Shown here: piece by piece, positions 17,589-28,803 of the stretch
How positions within the stretch are numbered: the stretch's first letter is position 1
Layout: each line of letters starts with the position of its first letter
Origin: Candidatus Multivoradales bacterium
GTDB lineage: Bacteria > Acidobacteriota > Thermoanaerobaculia > Multivoradales > Multivoraceae
Reading direction: 5' to 3'
NCBI GenBank assembly: GCA_965223325.1
Contig: CBDCWI010000002.1
Coordinates: 2,208,001 to 2,272,000 of the forward strand
Length of the DNA stretch: 64,000 nt
Notes under the pieces: generated by a model
Seen by the model: only the letters and a program-made list of their open reading frames with translations
What the model was told of the DNA's origin: nothing
The model's database searches: none
Made by a program: the position numbers and the translations under genes

Positions 17589-19969
17589 AGAAACCACGCT
17601 CCAGGCGTGCATCAGGCACGCGTTCACTCTTGCTGGCAGTCTTCTCAGCCGTCCTCGTCCTGGTCGCAGGCGGTGCACCAGCCAGCGCGCAGATCGTCGA
17701 GGAAGATCTGCCGATGGGCGACAGTTCCTCGTCGCTCGATCCGGTCCTGGCCGAAGACATCCAGCACGCCCGCACGCTGCTCGCCAGCGACCGCACCGCC
17801 GCCCTGACGGGGCTCGACGACGTCATCGCGCGGCTCGAAGACACGATGAATCAGGGCGCAACCAGCAAGATCGTCAACGACGCCCGTCGCGAACTGGCGC
17901 GGAGTCTCGGTGAGCGAGCAGCGCTTCGTCTCCTGACCGGCGATCGAGCCAACGGGCAGGCCGACCTCGAGCTCCTGGCGCGCGTCGAACCGAACCACAT
18001 CCCGCAGTTGGCAACTCTTGGCATGACCGACGCTGAACAGGTGACCTTTCAGCAGGCATGGCAAGCGGCACGTCAGAAGATGACCGCCGGCGTCGAGCTG
18101 CGGCTCCAGCCCGCGGAAGCGCGCGACTCCAGAGTCATCGCCATCAAACGACCCGCGACCAACCCCGATGGCAGCGTCGCTCCCACCGGCCTCGGCACCT
18201 CCGAAGTCGTCTTGACCGCTGGCGCCGATGCGGTTGCGATGGGCCGGCTCACCCCCGGCAGCTGGACGATCACCGTCGAGCGCCCGGGCTTTGCCGGTGC
18301 ACGCCAGGATCTCACCCTCGAAGCCGGCCAGCAGCGCACCTTCGAGGTACCGCTCCAACGAACCAGTGCCACCATCGCTCTCCACACCGCCCCGCCCGGC
18401 GCCGAGGTCATCGTCGACGGCTACGCCGCCGGGCGCACCGGCGGTCGCGCCGAGCCCGACTTCGTACCCACCGGGGCCGCCGCCAACCGACCGGCGAGTG
18501 ACTTCTCGGAGCGTCTCTGGCTCGACGGTCTCGGTGTAGGAGCCCACGAGCTCGAGATCCGCCTCGAGGGCTACCGGCCCCATCGCGTGCGAGTCAACGT
18601 CGCCGAACTGCGGGACTACGCCATGGCACCGGTGGCACTCGAAGAAGAGCTCGCCAGCCTGATCCTGGTCGGCCTGCCGCCCGGAGCACGCGTCAAGCTC
18701 GACGGCCGGGGCGCTTTGCCGATTACCCTCGACGACGGCACCTCGGCTGTCCAGGTAGCACCCGGCACCTACCGGCTCGAGGTCGCCCAGCCCGGCCTCG
18801 GCATGTTCGAGTCCGAGGTGCAGATCGGCGACGGTCAGGAAGTCGTCGTCCAGGTCGAGATGCGCCCGGCACTGGTCCTGGTCGGGATTCTCGGCGGCGA
18901 TGGGCGCGCGTCGGCTGCTCTTAGAAGAACGCTCAGTGAGGAACTCACTCGTCGCGGCAACTGGACGTTGATCGATCGCACCGATCAGGGCGCGCGCGTG
19001 GTCGCACAGGCTGGTCTCAGCGCCGAACGCCTGAGAGAAGACGCCACCGCCGCGCGGCGCGACGAAAGCAGCATCGACTGGAAAGAGGTGCAGCGGCTCT
19101 CCGACGATCTCGTGCCAGGTTCGCTCTACATCGTCGCCGCACTCGATGACGATCTGCTCGCCAAGGATGCGTTCCTGTGGTTCTGGCCGTCGGCTCCCGG
19201 GCCCTCGCAACCCGATCAGCGCCGGCTGACGATCGCCAGTCCGGAGAGCTACATCGAGCTCGCCGAGGCCCTCAACCCGACGCTCGCATCGCGCTCGGTG
19301 TCCTTTGGAGCCCGCTTCATCGATTCGGGCGCCGCCCCCGCACCGGTCGTGGTTGCCATCGCCCCCGGCAGCCCTGCCGAAGTTGCGGGCCTGCAGATCG
19401 GTGATGAGCTGACCGCGATTGGCAGCCAGCCCATCTTCACCACCCGCGAGCTCGAGGAGAAGCTGCGCTCGCTCGGTGACAGCGAGCCCATTCAGCTCGA
19501 GCTGCGGCGACCTGGCAGCGGCGGAAGCCTCGGGGCGACTCGTCGGGTCGAAGCTTCGCTTCAGCCGGGCCTGGCGACGATCGGCGTCGCCGACCCCGAC
19601 ATGGTCAACGCCGCAGTGGCCGCTGAAGTGCTTGCGGCGCTCCAGAAAGAGTCGGCCGAGGCACCGCGCTGGCTCCTCTCCCTTGACCGAGCGCTCCTTC
19701 ACATGCGCGCTCGTGAGTGGGACCAGGCCGTCGAGATTCTGCGTGGCATCCAGGCGCCGCGCACGCGCGGTCTCGGCCAGGCAACCGTCGACTACTCGCT
19801 GGGCATTGCGCTCGCCAACGCTGGACCTCGCTACTGGGATCGGGCGCGCGACGCCTTTAGCCGAGCGGCTGCGGCCACCAGCGAACGCCTGCTCGCTGAC
19901 GACGGGCCGTTCATCGCACCGCGCGCCCGCGCTCGCCTACGCGCCCTGGGTGGCGACGGCGGGCGCTAG
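17585..19969 (+). CDS. Secreted PEGA + PDZ + TPR-like domain protein
   Basis: ATGA overlap with the previous gene; signal peptide; PEGA HTAPPGAEVIVDG; PDZ VVAIAPGSPAEVAGLQIGDELTAIG; helical C-terminus. Confidence 0.78.
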   Translation: MKKPRSRRASGTRSLLLAVFSAVLVLVAGGAPASAQIVEEDLPMGDSSSSLDPVLAEDIQHARTLLASDRTAALTGLDDVIARLEDTMNQGATSKIVNDARRELARSLGERAALRLLTGDRANGQADLELLARVEPNHIPQLATLGMTDAEQVTFQQAWQAARQKMTAGVELRLQPAEARDSRVIAIKRPATNPDGSVAPTGLGTSEVVLTAGADAVAMGRLTPGSWTITVERPGFAGARQDLTLEAGQQRTFEVPLQRTSATIALHTAPPGAEVIVDGYAAGRTGGRAEPDFVPTGAAANRPASDFSERLWLDGLGVGAHELEIRLEGYRPHRVRVNVAELRDYAMAPVALEEELASLILVGLPPGARVKLDGRGALPITLDDGTSAVQVAPGTYRLEVAQPGLGMFESEVQIGDGQEVVVQVEMRPALVLVGILGGDGRASAALRRTLSEELTRRGNWTLIDRTDQGARVVAQAGLSAERLREDATAARRDESSIDWKEVQRLSDDLVPGSLYIVAALDDDLLAKDAFLWFWPSAPGPSQPDQRRLTIASPESYIELAEALNPTLASRSVSFGARFIDSGAAPAPVVVAIAPGSPAEVAGLQIGDELTAIGSQPIFTTRELEEKLRSLGDSEPIQLELRRPGSGGSLGATRRVEASLQPGLATIGVADPDMVNAAVAAEVLAALQKESAEAPRWLLSLDRALLHMRAREWDQAVEILRGIQAPRTRGLGQATVDYSLGIALANAGPRYWDRARDAFSRAAAATSERLLADDGPFIAPRARARLRALGGDGGR

Positions 19970-19985
19970 AGGCTCAGGTTCAGTT

Positions 19986-21089
19986 TCAGGAACGCTCGAC
20001 CCAGGTCACGACGCGCTCGGCCGTCCAGGGAGCAAGTAGGACACCGTTGCGGAAATGGCCGGTGGCTGCCATGACGCTTTCACCGACTTCGCGCACGATC
20101 GGGTGACCGTCGGTTCCGGGCCGCAGGCCGGCCCAGTGCTCATTGGGGGCCTGGCCGTCGAGCCGCGGAAAGGTCTCGTGCGCCCACGCTTCGAGCACCT
20201 CGAGCCCCTCGTCCGTCGGTGAGTCGTCGTAGCCAGCCTCTTCCATCGTTGCACCGACCAACAGACGCCCACCCTCACGGCCGACCGCATAGAAGGGACC
20301 GCGGCGCACCGAGCCCCGCCAGGTCCACCAGTCGAGATCGCTCCAGGCGATCATCTGGCCGCGGACCGGATGCACTGGCAGAGTCGGAACACCCTCGATG
20401 GCTGCGCTCCAGGCACCGGCAGCCAGAACGACCCGGTCGGCGGTGGTTTCGCGGGTTGCGGTGTCTGCGTGCTCAGCCGTGACCGCCGCCGGCGCCCCCG
20501 GTGCCACCGACACGACCCGCGCACCGTAGACGACGGTGCCGCCGAGTTTCTCGAAGGCCGCATAGAGGGCGTGCATCACGAGCCGGTTGTCGACCTTCCA
20601 GTCGCCCTCGAGCAACAACCCCCCCTCGAGTCCTTCTGGCCCGGTTCCCAGGCGGTCGCGCACCTCCTGCGCCGACAACCAGCGCGAGGGTTCATCGCAG
20701 GTACCGGCAAGCGCCGAAACTGCGTTGGCAAAGACGCGCGTCTGCGAACAGGCAACCGGCAGGATGGCTCCCCTGCGGTCGAAGTCGACATCGATTCCAG
20801 TCGCCGCTTCGAGTGCTTCGACAATGCCTGGCCAGAGGTCGCGTGAACGAGTCGCCCAGGAAAAGAACTCCTGGTCAGAAGCCACCTCACCCAACGGCGC
20901 CAACATGCCGGCGCCGTTCCACGACGAAGCCGGCCCAAGCAGTTCCTGCGGTGTTTCTGGCTGTGGACAGGCCGGCCGCTTCTCGAGCACCGTGACTTCA
21001 TGGCCACGTTGCCTGAGCTCCCAAGCCGCCATCATGCCGATGAGTCCGCCACCGACGATGACGATGCGCATTGAATCGCTGGTCATCAA
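19986..21089 (-). CDS. thiO: Glycine oxidase ThiO-like FAD-dependent oxidoreductase
   Basis: IVGGGLIG, ASSWNGAGMLAP, LAAGAWS, PVRGQM, WAGLRPGT and ATGHFRNGVLLAP motifs. Confidence 0.8.
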   Translation of the reverse strand: MMTSDSMRIVIVGGGLIGMMAAWELRQRGHEVTVLEKRPACPQPETPQELLGPASSWNGAGMLAPLGEVASDQEFFSWATRSRDLWPGIVEALEAATGIDVDFDRRGAILPVACSQTRVFANAVSALAGTCDEPSRWLSAQEVRDRLGTGPEGLEGGLLLEGDWKVDNRLVMHALYAAFEKLGGTVVYGARVVSVAPGAPAAVTAEHADTATRETTADRVVLAAGAWSAAIEGVPTLPVHPVRGQMIAWSDLDWWTWRGSVRRGPFYAVGREGGRLLVGATMEEAGYDDSPTDEGLEVLEAWAHETFPRLDGQAPNEHWAGLRPGTDGHPIVREVGESVMAATGHFRNGVLLAPWTAERVVTWVERS

Positions 21090-21251
21090 CAGCGAGACTA
21101 CCGGACTTCATGGCCCCGCGAGGTGTGATTCGTCGTTCTATAATCCCGCCTGCGCTGGCTTCGATGTCGATGCAGGCGACCTCAGGCTGAACCTCCAAAA
21201 CCATTCCGGGACCCGGAGCCTGCCCAACCGAAACGAGAGAGAATCAGGGAT

Positions 21252-21509
21252 ATGACCCACATCATCATGGAACCTTGCGTGGGAGTGAAAGACACCTCGT
21301 GTGTCGACGTCTGCCCGGTCGACTGCATCTACGGCAAAGACGACGAAGAACTCGACATGCTCTACATCCATCCCGAAGAGTGCATCGACTGCGGACTGTG
21401 CGTTGACGCCTGCCCGGTCCAGGCGATCGTGCCGGCCGAAGAAGTGCCATCCAAGTGGGAGGAGTACATCGCCAAGAACTACACCCACTTCGGCCTCGAA
21501 GCTCCCTAG
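21252..21509 (+). CDS. Dicluster ferredoxin (FdxA-type)
   Basis: CVGVKDTSCVDVCPVDCI and CIDCGLCVDACPV cysteine motifs. Confidence 0.93.
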   Translation: MTHIIMEPCVGVKDTSCVDVCPVDCIYGKDDEELDMLYIHPEECIDCGLCVDACPVQAIVPAEEVPSKWEEYIAKNYTHFGLEAP

Positions 21510-21530
21510 CGTCTTACACCAGCGCGCGTT

Positions 21531-21568
21531 CCAGAAAACCCCCTCCCGCCTTGCGAGGGGGTTTCTGG
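21531..21568. terminator. Stem-loop between convergent genes, probably a bidirectional terminator
   Basis: CCAGAAAACCCCCTC ... GAGGGGGTTTCTGG, a 14-bp stem with one bulge. Confidence 0.7.
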
Positions 21569-21609
21569 CGTCTTGGGGTGCGCGGCCCCTCTGCTACTCG
21601 ACCGATCAG

Positions 21610-22548
21610 TCAGCGGAGAGGCGATTCACCGGTGGCGTCCGGCAGTCGCTTCCCCAGCAGCTCCGCCAAACGACGCGCAGCGCCATCGCCGCACGCTAGA
21701 AAGAGCTGTGGTTCGATCAACTCCAGTTCCATCAAGAGAAACCGGCCCGCCCGTTCACTCGGCCGAGAGCCATCAGCCACCACGCCGTCGACCCGGGCAT
21801 AGAGCGGCTCCGTTCCGAGCCGCGCCGCTGCCTGTGTCAGGGCCACCCGGGCCTGTTCGAGCAAGTCGTTGGAGGGTCGCTCTCTGACCGCGCGACCGCC
21901 GAAGTCCGACTGCACCCGAAAGTCGCCCTGGACTGCCTCTTTTCGCACCGCGTGGGAGAACTCACCGCCAAGAAAGATCAAGGACCACTCGCCGTCCTCC
22001 AGGATCTCGCCGAGCAGCGGTTGGACGAGGAGAAGACGATCGCTCTCGAGGTCACGCTCGACGGCTTGCAGGCTCTCGAGCGCAGATTGCAACCGCACTC
22101 TGTCCACGGCGCTCTGGCGCACCGTGCGGTGAGCGGTCGCCGCGACTTCGGGTTTGATCACCACCTCGTTCCAGCCGTGCTCCTCGAGCACCTGACCGGC
22201 ATCGATTTCGGCATCGACCGGCACCCAGACGGTCGGCACGATCGCAACTCCGGCCTTCTCGAGATCGCGCAGGTAGCGCTTCCTGAGGTTCCAGCGCAGG
22301 GCCGGCAGCGGATTGACCACCGGGATCGCCGCCGCTTCGAGCGCCGCCAACCAGTCCTCGAACTCGGCCAGACGCTGGTGGTAGTCCCAGGTCGAGCGCA
22401 CCACCACCAGATCGGCATGCCGCCACCCTGGCTGGTCCCAGGGCCCCACCTCGACCCTGATCGAGGCCGGAAAGTGCCCGAGAAGCAGCTCATCGTCGGG
22501 ATCTAGAGACGGTTTCTGGGCACAGGTTGCAAGGAATATCGTCGCCAT
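21610..22548 (-). CDS. RimK/glutathione synthetase-like ATP-grasp protein
   Basis: VVRSTWDY, WNLRKRYL, VVIKP, GEWSLIF, DFRVQSDFGG, YARVD and LMELELIEP motifs. Confidence 0.85.
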   Translation of the reverse strand: MATIFLATCAQKPSLDPDDELLLGHFPASIRVEVGPWDQPGWRHADLVVVRSTWDYHQRLAEFEDWLAALEAAAIPVVNPLPALRWNLRKRYLRDLEKAGVAIVPTVWVPVDAEIDAGQVLEEHGWNEVVIKPEVAATAHRTVRQSAVDRVRLQSALESLQAVERDLESDRLLLVQPLLGEILEDGEWSLIFLGGEFSHAVRKEAVQGDFRVQSDFGGRAVRERPSNDLLEQARVALTQAAARLGTEPLYARVDGVVADGSRPSERAGRFLLMELELIEPQLFLACGDGAARRLAELLGKRLPDATGESPLR

Positions 22549-22584
22549 GGAATACAATATCTGCGTCAACCGTTGTCAAATACA

Positions 22585-22614
22585 CTTGATAGTGATGGAC
22601 TTAGATCCTACAAT
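22585..22614 (+). promoter_or_regulatory. Sigma70-type promoter of cbpA-clpB with an overlapping HAIR-like site
   Basis: TTGATA (22586-91), 17-bp spacer, TACAAT (22609-14). CTTGATA-N7-ACTTAG resembles the HspR HAIR motif CTTGAGT-N7-ACTCAAG. Confidence 0.65.
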
Positions 22615-22684
22615 CGAGGCCGTGAAGACTTCTTAACGGCACACCCCCCAGAGGCTTCCTGCTCGAGGGGCGTCGGAGCACGCA

Positions 22685-23692
22685 TTGGAATACAAGGACT
22701 ACTACAAGATCCTCGGGGTCGGCCGCAAGGCGACGACTCAGGAGATTCAGAAGGCGTATCGCAAGTTGGCGCGTAAGTACCACCCCGACGTCAACAAAGA
22801 TCCGGCGGCCGAGGTGCGCTTCAAAGAGATCGGCGAGGCCTACGAAGTCCTCAAAGACGACGACAAACGCGAGCGCTACGACCGCTATGGGAGCGCCTGG
22901 AAGCAAGCGCAGAAAACCGGCTCGCCGCCACCGGGGTGGGAGAACATGGTCTTCGACTTCGGCGACCTCGGCGGTATGGGCGGCGGCCAGGGCCGGCGCG
23001 GTGGGCGCGTGCAGTTCGACATGGGCGGTGACGGAGACGGCTTCAGCTCGTTCTTCGACATGCTGTTTGGCAACCGCGGGCGGAATCCGTCGGCCACCTG
23101 GCAGACCCGCGGCGCGAGTGGACGCCGCGGCGGCCGCGGCCGCGACCGGGAAACCAGCCTGGCGCTTTCGCTCGAGGACCTCGCCAGCGGCGGCAGTCGC
23201 CGCATCGAACTGACCGACCCCAACGACGGCTCGTCACGCACTCTCGACGTCACGATCCCTCAGGGCTTGAGGGCCGGCAAGAAGATCCGCCTCTCCGGCC
23301 AGGGAGAACCGGGCCCGGGCGGGGCGGGCGACCTCTTCCTCACGGTTGATATCGCCAAACATCGCAACTTCCGCCTCGAAGGCGACGACCTCTACACCAC
23401 CCTCGAAGTCACGCCCTGGGAAGCCGCCCTCGGAGCCCGGGTTCCCGTCCACACCCTGAACGGCGAGATCATGATCCAGCTGCCCCCCGGGTCGTCGTCG
23501 GGGCGAAAGATCCGCCTGCGCGGAAAGGGTATGCCGTGGCGCGAAGGAACCGCCGACCTGTTCGCCGAAGTGCGCATCGTGGTGCCGGAAGAGCTCACCG
23601 AAGAGCAACGCGCACTCTACGTCGATCTCGCAGCTCTCGACGGCGCTGAGCTCGAGCCCGAAGAAGAAAAACACCAGCAGACCACCTCGTAG
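22685..23692 (+). CDS. cbpA: DnaJ class B co-chaperone (CbpA-like)
   Basis: J domain [16 protein letters not shown]-rich region, no Zn finger, PWEAALG in the C-terminal domain; TTG start. Confidence 0.88.
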   Translation: MEYKDYYKILGVGRKATTQEIQKAYRKLARKYHPDVNKDPAAEVRFKEIGEAYEVLKDDDKRERYDRYGSAWKQAQKTGSPPPGWENMVFDFGDLGGMGGGQGRRGGRVQFDMGGDGDGFSSFFDMLFGNRGRNPSATWQTRGASGRRGGRGRDRETSLALSLEDLASGGSRRIELTDPNDGSSRTLDVTIPQGLRAGKKIRLSGQGEPGPGGAGDLFLTVDIAKHRNFRLEGDDLYTTLEVTPWEAALGARVPVHTLNGEIMIQLPPGSSSGRKIRLRGKGMPWREGTADLFAEVRIVVPEELTEEQRALYVDLAALDGAELEPEEEKHQQTTS

Positions 23693-23741
23693 CTTTCGTC
23701 GCTCCAGCGACGAGCTTTCCCGATAGGAGACCGCACCAGCC

Positions 23742-26371
<2,630 letters not shown>

Positions 26372-26375
<4 letters not shown>

Positions 26376-26537
26376 CACCCCGTACCATTGAAACGGATAG
26401 TGGCTGAGCGGATGATCGTGCTCGAGATCAAGGCGTCACGACAGAGGCATATTGGTGATCTGTCGAGGAGTGACAACACAGAGATCGAGCGCGAGGACCG
26501 CGCAGACGCTGTGCGTTTCAATGGTACGGGGTACTAG
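26372..26537. mobile_element. MITE-like non-autonomous element with terminal inverted repeats, bounded by CTAG
   Basis: Left end CTAGCACCCCGTACCATTGAAACG (26372-95). The right end (26514-37) reverse-complements to CTAGTACCCCGTACCATTGAAACG, a 23/24 match. No transposase inside. Confidence 0.65.
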
Positions 26538-26542
26538 CACCC

Positions 26543-27379
26543 TCAGGCCGCGATGGCGACCGAGGCCGGGCGGTGCTTCTCATACTGCGCCAGCACCCAG
26601 GCATGCCCGGGGTGCTCCCGCCAACGGCTCAAGTACTCCTCCACCCGTCGTGGAATGGGCTTTGGCCGCTCCATGTCGGGGTGGGCGGGACCCACGAGCG
26701 GCGCTAGAAGCGACGCACAGCACAGGTCTGCCAACGTAAAGTCGTCCCCGACCAGCTGACCGGTGCCCGAGCTCTCGCGCGCAACGAAGTCGAAGCCCGC
26801 CTCCGCCGCGCGGTTGGCCGCGTCGACCACTTTCGGGTCATCGAGTGAGTAGGCCTTACGAATCATCGTTCTGGCGACCGGAAAGGTGGCGCGATAGAGC
26901 CAGCGCACTAGTGCAGTCTTGCGACGCGAGAAGATCGAGGTCATGAACCGGGGCTCGTACTGGGTGACTGCGAACATCGCCGAGCGGGTCGCCGGGCCGA
27001 CCGCGTGATCGAACTGTTCCTGGATCTCACGGCAGCGATCCGCGGCCGCAGGATCCTCGGGAAGGAGCGAGCGCCCCGCAAAGTCGGTCTCCAATCGCTC
27101 GATGATGCGCGCCGAGCCGAAGGTGATCTCGCCGCGATGTTCGATCACCGGCGTGGCCGTTTGCCCGGTCAGCGCTCGAATCTTCGCCGCGTGGGGCCCG
27201 GGCAGGTAGCTCTTGCGAACGTGCGGGATTCCCTTCCAGTCGAGAGCCCAACGCACCTTCTCATTGAAGTGAGAGCTCTCGAACTGGTGCAGAATCAGCT
27301 GCGAACCGTGGTCGGCCTCGAGAACGGCGTCGTCGTTGGTGGCTCGTGCCGGCATGGAACGGGCGGCGGCTGAGGTCAT
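26543..27379 (-). CDS. Glutathione S-transferase family protein
   Basis: SHFNEKVRWALDWKG, TPVI..GSARIIERL and LVGDDFTLADL motifs; GAGGAGG RBS before ATG 27379. Confidence 0.85.
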   Translation of the reverse strand: MTSAAARSMPARATNDDAVLEADHGSQLILHQFESSHFNEKVRWALDWKGIPHVRKSYLPGPHAAKIRALTGQTATPVIEHRGEITFGSARIIERLETDFAGRSLLPEDPAAADRCREIQEQFDHAVGPATRSAMFAVTQYEPRFMTSIFSRRKTALVRWLYRATFPVARTMIRKAYSLDDPKVVDAANRAAEAGFDFVARESSGTGQLVGDDFTLADLCCASLLAPLVGPAHPDMERPKPIPRRVEEYLSRWREHPGHAWVLAQYEKHRPASVAIAA

Positions 27380-27552
27380 GGAACCCTCCTCTCGTCGAAC
27401 AGCTTGACCGCCAAACAGGCGCCGGGTCAAGAAGCGTGCGGAACGTTGCCACCGCGCCACCGGGACTCGCCTGGAACGCTAGACTCCCGCGCAAGGAGCC
27501 GTCCCCACAGAACTTCTTCGCCCAACGGCGAAGCACAAAGGACACACAGAAC

Positions 27553-28788
27553 ATGCGCCTTCTCGCCTTCTCGGGCACTCGCTACGCGGCGGATGCCGGC
27601 GACCTTCAAGACCTGGCTGCGCCACCGTTCGATCAGATCGACAACGAACTGAGAGATCAGCTGCAGGGTGCCTCGGCGCACCAGTTCGCCCACCTCACCC
27701 GTCCCATTCCCGGTCCTGAAGGCGACCCCCATCGGCACGCGGCCGCGGTCTACGAAAGGTGGAAGGCAAAGGGAGTGCTGGCGGTCGACGAGCAACCGTC
27801 GCTCTACCCATACGCGATCGAACTGCCGGACCACTCCCAGCGCCTCGGCCTCTGCGGGCTGGTCGGTGTCGAGCCGGGATCGGAGGGCGGCCTGCGACCG
27901 CACGAGCTGACGGTTGCCAAACCCCTCGCCGACCGTCTGGCACTCCTCGAGACGCTGCGCGTCGATCTCGAACCCGTGATGTACATCGTCGAGGATGACG
28001 GCAGCCTCGACGCGATGATCGCCGCCGACGTCACCGCCGAACCGCTCGGCTCGCATCGCGACACCCACGGCAACACACACCGCATCTACCGCACCGCCGA
28101 TCCGGAGCGCATCGCCGCCTATCAAAAGCTCCTGGCACCGGCCTCGTCCGTCATTGCGGACGGGCATCACCGCACCAAGACTGCACAGCTCTTTGCGCGC
28201 AAGCACAGCCCAGGCCTGGAAACGGCAGCTTCGGCCAAGATGGCGGTGATGATCTCACTGGCCTCTGAGGCCCTCGCTATCGACCCCATCCACCGAGCGG
28301 TTTGTATCGACGTCGACCTGAAAGCCCTGGCGGCGATCCCCGCGACCCGCACGTCGCTGGCTAGACAATGCGGCCCGGAGATCGCAGCAGCCGTCGCCGC
28401 AGCACCGCAACCAGCGCTCGCTCTCTGGCCGCGTGGAGGCGAACCGACGCTCCTGGTTCTCGACGGGTCAGCAGCTCCTGCCGGAATGCCAGGGAACGAC
28501 ACCCACCTACCAGTCGTGCTCCTGCACTATTGGCTGCTTCCCGCCGCCGGCCTGCCAATTGAAACCGCTACCGACGGATCGATCCTCTACCGTTCCGACC
28601 CGGAAACCCTCGGTGAAATGGCGGCCGACGGCAGCTGCCAGCTGGCGGTCTGGCTGCCGCCGATGAGTCCGGCGAGCTTCGCCGCCGCCACCGCCGGCGG
28701 TCAGGTGTTGCCGGCCAAGTCGACACGTTTTCTGCCCAAGGTGGCCTCGGGCCTGGTGTGGTCAGAGCACACAACGCAGGTTCTCTAG
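27553..28788 (+). CDS. DUF1015 family protein
   Basis: APPFDQI, LRPHELT, IADGHHR and LPAKSTRFLPKVASGLV motifs. Confidence 0.85.
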   Translation: MRLLAFSGTRYAADAGDLQDLAAPPFDQIDNELRDQLQGASAHQFAHLTRPIPGPEGDPHRHAAAVYERWKAKGVLAVDEQPSLYPYAIELPDHSQRLGLCGLVGVEPGSEGGLRPHELTVAKPLADRLALLETLRVDLEPVMYIVEDDGSLDAMIAADVTAEPLGSHRDTHGNTHRIYRTADPERIAAYQKLLAPASSVIADGHHRTKTAQLFARKHSPGLETAASAKMAVMISLASEALAIDPIHRAVCIDVDLKALAAIPATRTSLARQCGPEIAAAVAAAPQPALALWPRGGEPTLLVLDGSAAPAGMPGNDTHLPVVLLHYWLLPAAGLPIETATDGSILYRSDPETLGEMAADGSCQLAVWLPPMSPASFAAATAGGQVLPAKSTRFLPKVASGLVWSEHTTQVL

Positions 28789-28803
28789 GCAGACACCCAC
28801 AAA

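Noticed and set aside
17645-19702. 685-aa minus-strand ORF, and similar long antisense ORFs such as 4377-5870, 29971-31140 and 55306-56394
   Set aside because: Shadow frames of well-supported genes on the opposite strand, expected in high-GC DNA; they carry no recognisable motifs.
26398-26440. IVAERMIVLEIKAS inside the MITE-like element, resembling a GxxExxY PD-(D/E)XK nuclease fragment
   Set aside because: Too short, with no start context or other motifs; may be chance.
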